Shown piece after piece: positions 1 to 10,372 of a stretch of 64,000 nt of DNA. A model generated the notes under the pieces. The model did no database searches and was not told the DNA's origin. It saw only the letters and a program-made list of their open reading frames with translations. Both the position numbers and the translations under genes were made by a program. Source of the DNA: Phenylobacterium sp. (lineage in GTDB: Bacteria > Pseudomonadota > Alphaproteobacteria > Caulobacterales > Caulobacteraceae); NCBI RefSeq assembly GCF_036264965.1, contig NZ_DATAPY010000024.1, positions 5,926-69,925 of the forward strand, in the 5' to 3' direction. The stretch's first letter is position 1. Every line of letters begins with the position of its first letter.

Positions 1-1
1 C

Positions 2-1477
<1,476 letters not shown>

Positions 1478-1502
1478 GCCGAGCGCAACTGAACTGACGA
1501 CG

Positions 1503-1536
1503 AAGGGCGGCCACCGGCGACGGGGCCGCCCTTTTT
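1503..1536 (+). terminator. Intrinsic terminator after ftsH
   Basis: AAGGGCGGCC..GGCCGCCCTT stem followed by a T-tract, 25 nt after the stop codon. Confidence 0.8.
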
Positions 1537-1558
1537 CCTGGGCAACGTCCCGGAGGTT

Positions 1559-1680
1559 CCCCTCCCCCTTGCGGGGAGGGGTCAGGGGTGGGGATGCAAG
1601 CTGTGAGTCTGCCGCCCTGGCCCCGAAAAGCTAAGCCGATACCCCCATACCCAACCCTCTCCCCGCAAGGGGGAGAGGGC
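1559..1680. repeat. Palindromic intergenic repeat (CCCTCCCCCTTGCGGGGAGGG family, MITE/REP-like), copy 1
   Basis: About 35-bp imperfect terminal inverted arms, each holding a hairpin with a TTGCG/CGCAA loop. Same arms at 10255-10351. Confidence 0.85.
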
Positions 1681-1716
1681 TCTGGCTCCAACCTGACGCG
1701 TGTTATCACCGGCCCA

Positions 1717-2550
1717 ATGACCTCGATCTCCACCCTCCGGCCTGTGAAAGTCATGGGCGTGATCAACGTCACGCCAGACAGCTTCTCCGACGGCGGCCGG
1801 TTCGCTGCGCCTGAGGCGGCCCTGGCGCAGGCCCGGCGGCTGATCGCCGAGGGCGCCGACATCCTCGATATCGGCGGTGAGTCCACCCGACCGGGCGCCG
1901 CGCCGGTCGCGGAGGCGCAGGAAATCGACCGGATCGTCCCGCTGATCCGCGCCATCCGCGCCGAGAGCGCCGTCCCAATCTCCGTCGACACCATGAAGCC
2001 GGCGGTGGCCCGCGCGGCGGCCGAGGCCGGCGCCACGATGTGGAACGACGTCACCGCCCTGCGTCATTCGCCCGACAGTCTGGCCGTCGCGGCGGAGCTC
2101 GGCTGCGAGGTCGTGCTGATGCACATGCAGGGCGAGCCGGGGACCATGCAGGCCGAGCCGCACTACGACGACGTGGTGGAGGAGGTCGCGGCCTTCCTCG
2201 CCAAGCGCGCGGCCGAGGCCATGGCCGCCGGGGTGGCGCAGGACCGCATCTGGCTCGACCCCGGCGTGGGCTTTGGCAAGCACCGCATCCGGCACAACCT
2301 GCCGCTGATCGCGGGCCTCGACCGGATCGTGGCCCTGGGCTTTCCGGTCCTGCTGGGCGTCAGCCGCAAGAGCTTCATCGGCGCCCTCGACGAGGGCGCT
2401 GACGCCGATCACCGACTGGGCGGCTCCATCGCCGCCGCCCTGGCCGGGGCGGCGGCCGGCGTCGTGGCGGTGCGGGTCCACGACGTGCGAGAGACCGTGC
2501 AGGCCCTGCGCGTCTGGCGCGCCATCGCTCAGGCCGGCAGTTTGGGATAG
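1717..2550 (+). CDS. folP: Dihydropteroate synthase
   Basis: VMGVINVTPDSFSDGG, DIGGESTRPG, DPGVGFGK, SRKSF and VRVHDV motifs. ATG 1717 chosen because the upstream ORF extension is repeat sequence. Confidence 0.96.
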   Translation: MTSISTLRPVKVMGVINVTPDSFSDGGRFAAPEAALAQARRLIAEGADILDIGGESTRPGAAPVAEAQEIDRIVPLIRAIRAESAVPISVDTMKPAVARAAAEAGATMWNDVTALRHSPDSLAVAAELGCEVVLMHMQGEPGTMQAEPHYDDVVEEVAAFLAKRAAEAMAAGVAQDRIWLDPGVGFGKHRIRHNLPLIAGLDRIVALGFPVLLGVSRKSFIGALDEGADADHRLGGSIAAALAGAAAGVVAVRVHDVRETVQALRVWRAIAQAGSLG

Positions 2551-3047
2551 GCGCCGGCCAGGGCGTCCTCGCGGGCGGTCTTGGTCTCCCAGGACGTGGC
2601 GCGGCCCTCGATGGCGTCGGGCAGGGCCTCCAGATGGGCGTGCCAGCCGGCGCGCACCCCAGCGCCGGGACCGGCGCGGGGGCTGAGGCCGGAGTGGGTG
2701 AGGGTCAGCGCGCAGCCGTCGCCGTCCGGTTCCAGATCGAAGCGCACCAGGGTGTCGCGCCCGCCGATCTCCCAGGTCCAGGCCAGGGCATAGGGCGGAT
2801 CGCAGACCACGATCTTCATCTCGGCCCCGTGCACATCGTTCCAGTTGAGATGGATCGTCCCGCCGACCCGCAGGTCGACCTTTGCGGTGGCGAACCAGTC
2901 GGCGAGGCGCTCGGGGGTGGTGAGGGCGGCCCAGACCTTTTCGATGGGCTTTCGGTAGTAGCGGCGGAAGATCACCTGCAGGGTGTCGTCGCTGGCGGTG
3001 ACCTCGCCCAAGGGGGCGTCGCTCAGCAGGGTCTGGGTCTCGCTCAT
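2529..3047 (-). CDS. SRPBCC/AHSA1-like domain protein
   Basis: PIEKVWAALTTPERLADWF and GWHAHLEAL pattern. Stop/start overlap with the upstream ArsR gene. Confidence 0.88.
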   Translation of the reverse strand: MSETQTLLSDAPLGEVTASDDTLQVIFRRYYRKPIEKVWAALTTPERLADWFATAKVDLRVGGTIHLNWNDVHGAEMKIVVCDPPYALAWTWEIGGRDTLVRFDLEPDGDGCALTLTHSGLSPRAGPGAGVRAGWHAHLEALPDAIEGRATSWETKTAREDALAGAYPKLPA

Positions 3048-3346
3048 TGTTCTTTCTCCAGATGGTCTTCCAGGGCGTCGAGGCGGTCGGCCCAGAAGGT
3101 GCGGAAGGGTTTCAGCCAGGCATCGAGCTCGGCCAGTTCGTCGGGTTCGAGGCGGTAGAGGCGGCGTTGGCCGTCCGGCCGCACGCTCACCAGGCCCGCC
3201 TCGCGCAGCAGTTTCAGGTGCTTGGAGACCCCGGGCTGGCTGAGGCCGGTGGCCTCCACCAGGTCGCCGGCCGGCCGCTCGCCGGTCCGCAGCAGGTCGA
3301 GGATGCGGCGTCGGCTGGGTTCGGCGATGGCTTCAAACGGCGTCAT
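3044..3346 (-). CDS. ArsR/SmtB-family transcriptional regulator
   Basis: FEAIAEPSRRRILDLL..LSQPGVSKHLKLLREAGLV..GQRRLYRL winged HTH. Typical ArsR-SRPBCC pair. Confidence 0.92.
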   Translation of the reverse strand: MTPFEAIAEPSRRRILDLLRTGERPAGDLVEATGLSQPGVSKHLKLLREAGLVSVRPDGQRRLYRLEPDELAELDAWLKPFRTFWADRLDALEDHLEKEQ

Positions 3347-3381
3347 GAAGATATATTCCAAATTAGATATATAACTGTCAA
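3347..3381 (-). promoter_or_regulatory. sigma70-type promoter with overlapping AT-rich palindromic operator; probably leaderless transcript
   Basis: Minus strand TTGACA (3381-3376), 17 nt, GAATAT (3358-3353), 6 nt, ATG. Imperfect palindrome ATATATTC..AGATATAT at 3351-3372. Confidence 0.65.
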
Positions 3382-3431
3382 GAGATATCTTTGGGCGGTG
3401 CAAATTCGCCGGCGTCGCGCTATCCGGAGCC

Positions 3432-4235
3432 ATGACCTCCCTGGGCCGAGTCCTGATCATCGCCGGTTCGGACTCCGGCGGCGGGGCCGGAATCCAGGCG
3501 GACATCAAGACGGTCACCGCGCTGGGCGGCTATGCGGCGACGGCGATCACCGCCGTCACAGTGCAGAACACGCTCGGCGTCAGCGCGGTCCATCCGATCC
3601 CGGCGGAGGTCGTCGAGGCGCAGGGCCGCGCGGTGCTGGACGATATCGGCGCCGACGCCATCAAGACCGGCATGCTGGGCGACCTGGCGGTGGTTGAGGC
3701 GGTGGCCCGGCTGCTGGACTCCGCGCGTGGCGTTCCCGCCGTCATCGATCCGGTGATGATCGCCAAGGGCGGCGCGGCGCTGCTGTCCCCGGCCGCGACG
3801 GGCGCGGTGCGGGCGCTGCTGATCCCCCGCGCCGCCCTGCTCACGCCCAACGCGCCGGAGGCGCAGGTCCTGACCGGCGAGACGGTCGCCACGGCCGACG
3901 ACCTGCGCCGCGCCGGCGAGGCGCTGCTGATGGCCGGCGCCAGGGCGGTGCTGATGAAGGGCGGCCACGTGCCGGGCAAGCGGGTGATCGACCTCCTGCT
4001 GACCCCTGACGGCGAAACGGTCTTCGAGGCCGAGCGCCAGGACACCCGCCACACCCACGGCACCGGCTGCACCCTGGCCTCGGCCTGCGCTACCGGCCTG
4101 GCCCAGGGCCTGTCCCTCACCGAGGCGGTCGCCCGCGCCTGGGCCTATGTGCAGGAGGCCATCGCCCGCGCGCCAGGCCTGGGCGCCGGCCACGGCCCGC
4201 TCGACCACGGCTGGCCGCTCCGGGGTAAGGCGTGA
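3432..4235 (+). CDS. thiD: Hydroxymethylpyrimidine/phosphomethylpyrimidine kinase
   Basis: IAGSDSGGGAGIQADIKT, AIKTGML, LLTPNAPEA and HTHGTGCTLASA motifs. Confidence 0.97.
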   Translation: MTSLGRVLIIAGSDSGGGAGIQADIKTVTALGGYAATAITAVTVQNTLGVSAVHPIPAEVVEAQGRAVLDDIGADAIKTGMLGDLAVVEAVARLLDSARGVPAVIDPVMIAKGGAALLSPAATGAVRALLIPRAALLTPNAPEAQVLTGETVATADDLRRAGEALLMAGARAVLMKGGHVPGKRVIDLLLTPDGETVFEAERQDTRHTHGTGCTLASACATGLAQGLSLTEAVARAWAYVQEAIARAPGLGAGHGPLDHGWPLRGKA

Positions 4236-4804
4236 GCGAAAGCCTCGAACGGCGCCTGGAGGCCATCGTCCGCAGCGGGCCGCGCCTGATGCAGGTGCTC
4301 GAGTCGGCGCGCGACCTCGACCTGCCGGACTGGCTGATCTTCTCCGGCGCGGTCTACCAGCGGGTGCTGAACCACCTGACCGGCCGCGACCTGGACTACG
4401 GGATCAAGGACTACGACCTCGGCTACTATGACGCCGCCGACATCTCCTACGAGGCCGAGGACGCGGTGATCCGCCGCGCGGCGGCGGCCTTCGCGCCGCC
4501 GCTGAGCGAGCTCGTCGAAGTGCGCAACCAGGCCCGCGTGCACCTGTGGTTCGAGGCCAAGTTCGGCGAGGCCTACACGCCGTTGACCAATTCGGCCGAG
4601 GCGCTCAGCCGCTTCGTCAGTCCGCTGTTTGCGGTGGCCGTCCGGCTGGAAGGCGACGGACGCCTGACCGTCCTGGCCCCGTTCGGCCTGGACGATCTGT
4701 TCGCGCTGCGGCTACGGCCGAATCCCACGCGCCGGACCCATGGCTTCGCCCGCACCGCGGCCTCCGTGACCGCGCGATGGCCGGAGCTTAGCGTAGAGGC
4801 TTAG
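4232..4804 (+). CDS. Nucleotidyltransferase family protein (DUF925-like)
   Basis: WLIFSGAV..IKDYDLGYYD, EVRNQARVHLW and APFGLDDLF pattern. GTGA overlap with thiD. Confidence 0.8.
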   Translation: MSESLERRLEAIVRSGPRLMQVLESARDLDLPDWLIFSGAVYQRVLNHLTGRDLDYGIKDYDLGYYDAADISYEAEDAVIRRAAAAFAPPLSELVEVRNQARVHLWFEAKFGEAYTPLTNSAEALSRFVSPLFAVAVRLEGDGRLTVLAPFGLDDLFALRLRPNPTRRTHGFARTAASVTARWPELSVEA

Positions 4805-4879
4805 TCAACTGGCTAATTACCCCTTGCCAATCCCAACGCGGCCGCTATCTGCAAACTCCGCCTTTCAAGGGAGTCTCCC

Positions 4880-5698
4880 ATGCGCCAGTGGACCATCGAC
4901 GCCTTCGCCGCCGCCGCCTTCCGCGGCAACCAGGCCTGCGTGCTCGAGCCCATGGCCGCCTGGCCCGACGCGGCCTGGATGCAGGCCCTGGCCGCGGAGA
5001 ACAACCAGGCCGAGACCGCCTTCCTGCTCCGCACCAACGACCCCGCCCGCTTCGGCCTGCGCTGGTTCACGCCGGCGCTGGAGGTGCCGCTCTGCGGCCA
5101 CGCGACCCTGGCCTCGGGCCATGTGCTGTTCTCCGAGCTGGGCGCAGCCGCCGACAAGCTCACCTTCGACACCCAATCGGGCCCGCTCACCGTGCGCCGC
5201 GCGGGCGAGGGCTATGAGATGGATTTCCCCGCCCAGCCGCCGACCAAGGTCGCGATACCCACCGGCCTCGCCGACGCCCTGGGCGTCGAGCCCGTCGAGG
5301 TCTGGGCCTCGACCTATCTGGTCGCCGTCTTGAAGGACGAGGCCGCCGTCCACGCCTGCGCGCCGGATCTAGCGGCCCTGGAGGCGGTCTCCAGCGGCGC
5401 CACCGGCGGCCGCGGCAATGTCGGGATCGCCGCCCTGGCCGATCCGGGCCGGCCCTACGACGTAGTCGACCGCTTCTTCGCCCCCGGCTCCGGCATCCCG
5501 GAGGACCCGGCCACCGGCTCCCTGCACACCATCCTCACGCCCCTCTTCGCCGACAAACTCGGTCGCGCGTGGGTCAGGTTCCTGCAGGCCTACCCCGGCC
5601 GCGGCGGCGACCTCGACTGCGAACTGGCCGGCGACCGCGTCCTGCTCCGCGGCCAGGCGGTGACGGTGCTGGATGGGACGCTGCGGGTGGCGAGCTGA
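4880..5698 (+). CDS. PhzF-family phenazine biosynthesis/epimerase-like protein
   Basis: [38 protein letters not shown] and EDPATGS motifs. RBS GGAG. Confidence 0.93.
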   Translation: MRQWTIDAFAAAAFRGNQACVLEPMAAWPDAAWMQALAAENNQAETAFLLRTNDPARFGLRWFTPALEVPLCGHATLASGHVLFSELGAAADKLTFDTQSGPLTVRRAGEGYEMDFPAQPPTKVAIPTGLADALGVEPVEVWASTYLVAVLKDEAAVHACAPDLAALEAVSSGATGGRGNVGIAALADPGRPYDVVDRFFAPGSGIPEDPATGSLHTILTPLFADKLGRAWVRFLQAYPGRGGDLDCELAGDRVLLRGQAVTVLDGTLRVAS

Positions 5699-5709
5699 CC
5701 GCACCCGAG

Positions 5710-5744
5710 AAAACGCCCCGAGGCCTCTATCCGACCCCGGGGCG
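5710..5744 (-). terminator. Probable intrinsic terminator for the minus-strand kinase transcript
   Basis: Minus strand CGCCCCGGGG..CCTCGGGGCG followed by TTTT. Confidence 0.55.
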
Positions 5745-5891
5745 CTCCCGCACTCCGGACCCGGTTCGGCGGTCGCATCGCGTGCGCCCGCCGGAGCCTT
5801 GGGCCGGGTATGGCGCTCCAGTCGCCATGGGGCCGATAAGATCATGCGGCGTCTGACGCGGACCTGAGGCCCGCGTTATCCGGCGTTCAGG

Positions 5892-7835
5892 TTAGGAGCC
5901 GACTCCGGCGGCCTGGCTCTCGGCCGCGGCCGGGGTGCGGCCGGAGGCGCCGGTGGCCGCGGCGGTCAGCGCGGCGCTGATCGCTTCATAGAGCTTGGCG
6001 ATCTCGATCGGCTTGGCCACGTGGCCGTCCATGCCGGCGGCGATGTATTCCTCGACCTGATGGGTCAGGGCGTTGGCGGTGAGCGCCACGATCGGGGTGC
6101 GCTTGCGCTGTTCGGCGAGCTCGACGGCGCGGATCTGGCGGGCGGCCTCGATGCCGTCCATCACCGGCATCTGGATGTCCATCAGCACCAGGTCGTAGCC
6201 GCCGACCCTCCAGGCGTCGATCGCCTGCTTTCCATCGGCCACGATGTCGATGTCGATGCCCAGGGACTCCATCACCGCGGCCAGCACCTGCTGGTTGGTG
6301 GGATTGTCCTCGGCGGCCAGCAGCCGGATGTTGCGGTCGCCGTCGCTGTGCGCGGCGTCGACCGGGATCGCGCCGGCGGCCTCGCCGCGGGTCAGCGGCA
6401 ATTCGACGGTGAAGGTCGAGCCATGGCCCTCGCGGCTTTCCACGTCGATCGAGCCGCCCATCATCTGGGTCAGCTCGCGGCAGATCGCCAGGCCCAGGCC
6501 CGTGCCGCCAAAGCGGCGGGTGGCGGAGTTGTCGGCCTGGGTGAATTTCTCGAACAGCGCCGGCAGCTTCTCGGCGGCGATGCCAACGCCGGTGTCGCGG
6601 ACCACTAGGCGCAGGCTGTCGCCTCCCGGGCTGACGCCGACGGCGGCCTCTACCGAACCCTGCGGCGTGAACTTGACGGCGTTGGAGAGCAGGTTGCCGA
6701 CGATCTGGCGCATGCGATCGGCGTCGCCGCGCCACCAGCCCTGGGCCTCGTCGCTGATGGTGAAGCCGAATTCCAGCCCCTTGCCCTGCGCCAGGACCTG
6801 GAAGGTCTCCGCCGTCGGCCTCAGGGTGTCGGCGATATCGAAGTCTTCCTTCACCAGGCTGAGCTTGCCGGCTTCGATCTTCGAAAGGTCGAGCACGTCG
6901 TTCAGCACAGCCAGCAGCAGGCTGCCGGACTGGCGGATGATGCCCAGGCGTTCGCGCTGGACGTCGGCTAGGTCGCCCAGGGACATCACCTCGGCCATCG
7001 CCAGCACCCCGTTCAGCGGCGTGCGGATCTCGTGGCTCATATTGGCCAGGAACTGGGTCTTCAGCACATTGGCGGCGTTGGCCGCGTCGCGGGCGCTCTC
7101 CAGGTCGCGCATCGCGGCCTTGAGGTCTTCCTCGCGCTCGCCGAGTTTGCCCAGCAGGTGGTTGAAGCTGGTCGTCAGGCCACGGAACAGCTCGTCCGGC
7201 GCCCTCACCTCGATGGGTTCGAAATTGCCGCCGGCGGCGACCTCATGCATGGCGTCCGACAGCCGCTGCACCGGGGCGATCACCCGATGCGCCATGCCGC
7301 GCGCCAGGAACAGCGCCACGCCGACGCCGCCGAACAGCAGGGCCGCGGTGAGTGCGATGAATTGCGGGAGCAGGGCGCCCAGCGTGGGCCGGTGGACGCT
7401 GAGCGACAGGCGGCCGACCTTGTGGCCGTTGGACACGACGTCGGTCTCGATGACCTCCAGGGGCCCGGGCGCGGCGGGTCCGCTTATCGGGATCGCCGGA
7501 TTGGGCGGCCGCTGGAAGGTGGCCAAGGGCTTGCCGAGCGGGTCGGTCAGGCGCGCGGACTCGATGTTCTTGCCACCCGCCAGCGCCTGCAGCGCCGCCT
7601 GGATGGAGGGCCGGTCGCGGCTGGCGATGGCCGGAGCCTCGGTGGTGGCGGTGATCGCCGCCAGGCCGGCGTACATCTGGTGCGACTGGGTGCGCGCCAC
7701 GGCCCACTGCTGCAGCATGAACGTCAGGCAGGCCGCAACCAGCACGACGAGCGTCGTGACGAGGCCCACGCCGGCGACGCGGGCGTGAAAGGTGGCGGTC
7801 GGCGCTGTGCCGGAAGGGCCGGTCGTCGGGGTCAT
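5892..7835 (-). CDS. Membrane hybrid sensor histidine kinase/response regulator (TM-periplasmic sensor-TM-HAMP-HisKA-HATPase-REC)
   Basis: H-box FLANMSHEIRTPLNG, N-box NLLSNAVKFT, G-boxes DTGVG and GGTGLGLAI, receiver LAAEDN..DLVLMDIQMPVMDG..KP. Confidence 0.95.
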   Translation of the reverse strand: MTPTTGPSGTAPTATFHARVAGVGLVTTLVVLVAACLTFMLQQWAVARTQSHQMYAGLAAITATTEAPAIASRDRPSIQAALQALAGGKNIESARLTDPLGKPLATFQRPPNPAIPISGPAAPGPLEVIETDVVSNGHKVGRLSLSVHRPTLGALLPQFIALTAALLFGGVGVALFLARGMAHRVIAPVQRLSDAMHEVAAGGNFEPIEVRAPDELFRGLTTSFNHLLGKLGEREEDLKAAMRDLESARDAANAANVLKTQFLANMSHEIRTPLNGVLAMAEVMSLGDLADVQRERLGIIRQSGSLLLAVLNDVLDLSKIEAGKLSLVKEDFDIADTLRPTAETFQVLAQGKGLEFGFTISDEAQGWWRGDADRMRQIVGNLLSNAVKFTPQGSVEAAVGVSPGGDSLRLVVRDTGVGIAAEKLPALFEKFTQADNSATRRFGGTGLGLAICRELTQMMGGSIDVESREGHGSTFTVELPLTRGEAAGAIPVDAAHSDGDRNIRLLAAEDNPTNQQVLAAVMESLGIDIDIVADGKQAIDAWRVGGYDLVLMDIQMPVMDGIEAARQIRAVELAEQRKRTPIVALTANALTHQVEEYIAAGMDGHVAKPIEIAKLYEAISAALTAAATGASGRTPAAAESQAAGVGS

Positions 7836-8077
7836 GGCGCTCGCGTAGGGCCGCACGGGGACCTTCGCTTTAGGCCAACAATCCTAACGTTTCGCTTCCC
7901 TGGCGAGCGGTTGTCGAAGGCCGATTGGCCCTCCGAACCGCGAACACTGTTACTCCAAAGCCACAGATACAACTCCCCGGGGAGGAATTTATGGTTAACA
8001 ACCCATGAATCGATTGCGCGAACCTTAATAATCTATTTACCGTGAATTGTGGTTGTTCACCTAGTTGGGGAATCCTA

Positions 8078-8410
8078 ATGGAAAAAGCGTTTGTGGCTCA
8101 GCGAGTGGCCAAGAAGCTGTTCGTCACCGAAGCCGCCGTCGACGGCGCTCTGTCGGAAGCTGCTGAATTGATGAGCGAAGTGCTCACGGCGCGCAAGGAA
8201 GTGAACACCTCGCTGGTGTTCGCCGACGACGTGCAAGTGAAGCTGCTGGACGCCATGAAGGCGCTCAGCGAAGCCCGCACGGCTATGGTCGCCGTGCACA
8301 ACGAACTTAACGAAGCTCAGCTTCGTCTGGGCGTCCGTACGAAGATGGACTTCCAGAAGCCGCAGTCCCTGCAGACTGTTGAGCAAGTCACCGCCCGCAA
8401 GGCCGGCTGA
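8078..8410 (+). CDS. Uncharacterised small alpha-helical protein (110 aa)
   Basis: RBS GGGG before ATG 8078, plausible codon usage, amphipathic helical pattern, followed by a hairpin at 8420-8441. Confidence 0.8.
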   Translation: MEKAFVAQRVAKKLFVTEAAVDGALSEAAELMSEVLTARKEVNTSLVFADDVQVKLLDAMKALSEARTAMVAVHNELNEAQLRLGVRTKMDFQKPQSLQTVEQVTARKAG

Positions 8411-8464
8411 CCGAAAAGCGCCTCGGTCGGACGATCGAGGCCTTGGTTGCGATAGTTTAACTGG

Positions 8465-8498
8465 TTCCGCGTCCCTAATGTACGTTAGGGACGCGGAA
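8465..8498 (+). promoter_or_regulatory. Perfect 14-bp intercistronic hairpin abutting the next start codon
   Basis: TTCCGCGTCCCTAA-tgtacg-TTAGGGACGCGGAA. The right arm covers the likely RBS of the gene at 8501. Confidence 0.7.
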
Positions 8499-8500
8499 TC

Positions 8501-8941
8501 ATGTCGCCATTCTTAACCTACATACTCCTGTCGCTCCTCCTGGTGACGACCTGCCTGTTCGCCATTTGGAAGGGCGGGCCGGCGGAGCGCGCGGGCGCGG
8601 CTGTCGTGCTCGTCATGGTTATCTTCGAGCGCCTCGCCCAGACGGCCATGCCGCAGGGATGGTGGGTGATCCTCGGCCTCTCGTGTGACGCGCTCACGGC
8701 GCTCGGTCTTCTGGCCGTGACGTTGCGGTACGCCAGCCTCTGGCTGGGCGGGGCGATGCTGTTCTACGCCGCCCAGTTCACCCTCCACTCGTTCTACTTC
8801 GTCACTGGCCGCCCGGACGCCGACCTGCTGCATATGGTCCTGACGGACTTCAACTTCGGGGCGATCCTGGTCTGTCTGGTGGTGGGCACGGTGTTGGCGT
8901 GGCGGACCCGGCTGCGCGTCGCCGCTGCCTCTGCGCCATAG
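8501..8941 (+). CDS. Uncharacterised integral membrane protein (about 5 TM)
   Basis: Alternating hydrophobic segments, including [14 protein letters not shown] and [13 protein letters not shown]. Confidence 0.8.
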   Translation: MSPFLTYILLSLLLVTTCLFAIWKGGPAERAGAAVVLVMVIFERLAQTAMPQGWWVILGLSCDALTALGLLAVTLRYASLWLGGAMLFYAAQFTLHSFYFVTGRPDADLLHMVLTDFNFGAILVCLVVGTVLAWRTRLRVAAASAP

Positions 8942-8982
8942 CGTCGCTTAAGGGCGCTTCCAGAAACTTTCACTTGCTCCCA

Positions 8983-9032
8983 GGCCCGAAGCCGGGTTTT
9001 TGGCCCGCGGGCCACGCCCTCCCAACGGGGCG
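8983..9032 (+). promoter_or_regulatory. Probable serC leader RNA element
   Basis: Two hairpins, including CGCCCT-CCCAAC-GGGGCG, directly upstream of serC. A serC leader motif is known in Alphaproteobacteria; the match was judged by position and shape only. Confidence 0.45.
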
Positions 9033-9063
9033 CAGTCCATCTGTAAGGATGGGAGACATTGCT

Positions 9064-10245
9064 ATGACGACCCCCGCGAAGCCGGCCATGCGGCCGGCGC
9101 GCCCTGAATTTTCATCCGGCCCCTGCGCCAAGCGACCCGGATGGACCCCCGAAAATCTTCGCAACGCCGTCCTGGGACGCTCGCATCGTTCCAAGCTCGG
9201 CAAGGCGCGCCTGAAGGAAGCGATCGACCGCACCCGCGAGGTGCTGGAGGTCCCCGACGACTTCCTGATCGGCATCGTGCCGGGGTCTGACACCGGCGCC
9301 GTCGAGATGGCCATGTGGTCGATGCTGGGCGCGCGGCCCGTGCAGCTGCTGGCCTTCGAGAGCTTCGGCAAGGATTGGGTGACCGACGTCACCAAGCAGC
9401 TGAAGATCGACGCCGAGGTGCTGGACGCCCCCTATGGCGAGCTGCCGGACCTGACCAAGGTCCGCAAGGACGCCGACCTGGTGTTCACCTGGAACGGCAC
9501 CACCTCCGGCGTGCGCGTGCCGAACGGCGACTTCATCGCCACCGACCGCGAAGGGATCACCATCTGCGACGCCACCAGCGCCGCCTTCGCCCAGGACCTG
9601 GCCTGGGACAAGCTCGATGTGGTGACCTTCTCCTGGCAGAAGGCGCTGGGCGGCGAGGCCGCGCACGGGGTCCTGATCCTGTCGCCCCGCGCCGTCGCCC
9701 GCCTGGAAAGCTACACGCCCGCCTGGCCCATGCCGAAGCTCTTCCGCATGACCTCCAAGAAGGACGGGGCGAACAAGGTCACCCTCGACATCTTCGAAGG
9801 CGCGACCATCAACACGCCCTCGATGCTGGCCGTCGAAGACGCCGTCGACGCGCTCAAGTGGGCCGCCTCGATCGGCGGTCTGGCGGAGATGAAGCGCCGG
9901 GCGGACGCCAACCTCGGCGTGCTGGAAGCCTGGGCGCAGAAGACCGCCTGGGTCGCGTTCCTGGCGGCGGATCCCGCGACCCGCTCCAACACCTCGGTGT
10001 GCCTGAAGGTCATCGACCCGGCCGTCACCTCGCTCTCGGAGGACGCCCAGGCCGAGTTCGCCAAGAAGCTGGCGGCGCTCCTGGAAAAGGAAGGCGTGGC
10101 CCTCGACGTCGGCGGCTACCGCGACGCCCCTCCGGGTCTTCGGATCTGGTGCGGCGCCACGGTGGATGCGTCCGACCTGGAGGCGCTCACCCCCTGGCTC
10201 GACTGGGCCTTCGCGTCCGTCTCGGCCGAGCTCCAAGCCGCCTGA
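9064..10245 (+). CDS. serC: Phosphoserine aminotransferase
   Basis: [45 protein letters not shown] (PLP lysine) and NTPSML motifs. Adjacent to serA. Confidence 0.97.
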   Translation: MTTPAKPAMRPARPEFSSGPCAKRPGWTPENLRNAVLGRSHRSKLGKARLKEAIDRTREVLEVPDDFLIGIVPGSDTGAVEMAMWSMLGARPVQLLAFESFGKDWVTDVTKQLKIDAEVLDAPYGELPDLTKVRKDADLVFTWNGTTSGVRVPNGDFIATDREGITICDATSAAFAQDLAWDKLDVVTFSWQKALGGEAAHGVLILSPRAVARLESYTPAWPMPKLFRMTSKKDGANKVTLDIFEGATINTPSMLAVEDAVDALKWAASIGGLAEMKRRADANLGVLEAWAQKTAWVAFLAADPATRSNTSVCLKVIDPAVTSLSEDAQAEFAKKLAALLEKEGVALDVGGYRDAPPGLRIWCGATVDASDLEALTPWLDWAFASVSAELQAA

Positions 10246-10254
10246 TCCAAGCCT

Positions 10255-10351
10255 CCCTTCCCCCTTGCGGGGAAGGGTCGGGGATGGGGGTGAAACACCA
10301 CCCTCGCCCCGCTTGCACCCCACCCCAACCCCTCCCCGCAAGGGGGAGGGG
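10255..10351. repeat. Palindromic intergenic repeat, copy 2
   Basis: Same TTGCG/CGCAA hairpin arms as 1559-1680 with a shorter, different spacer. Lies between serC and serA. Confidence 0.85.
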
Positions 10352-10372
10352 CTCAAGCACAGAGACCTTCCC

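Noticed and set aside
5865-5895. AACCTGA..GGATAA resembling a TPP riboswitch, and TCAGGTCCG resembling the SRP RNA core (minus strand)
   Set aside because: The TPP GCTGAGA and P5 pairing are missing and the match starts inside the kinase stop codon. The SRP GGAAGGAAGCAGC continuation is absent.
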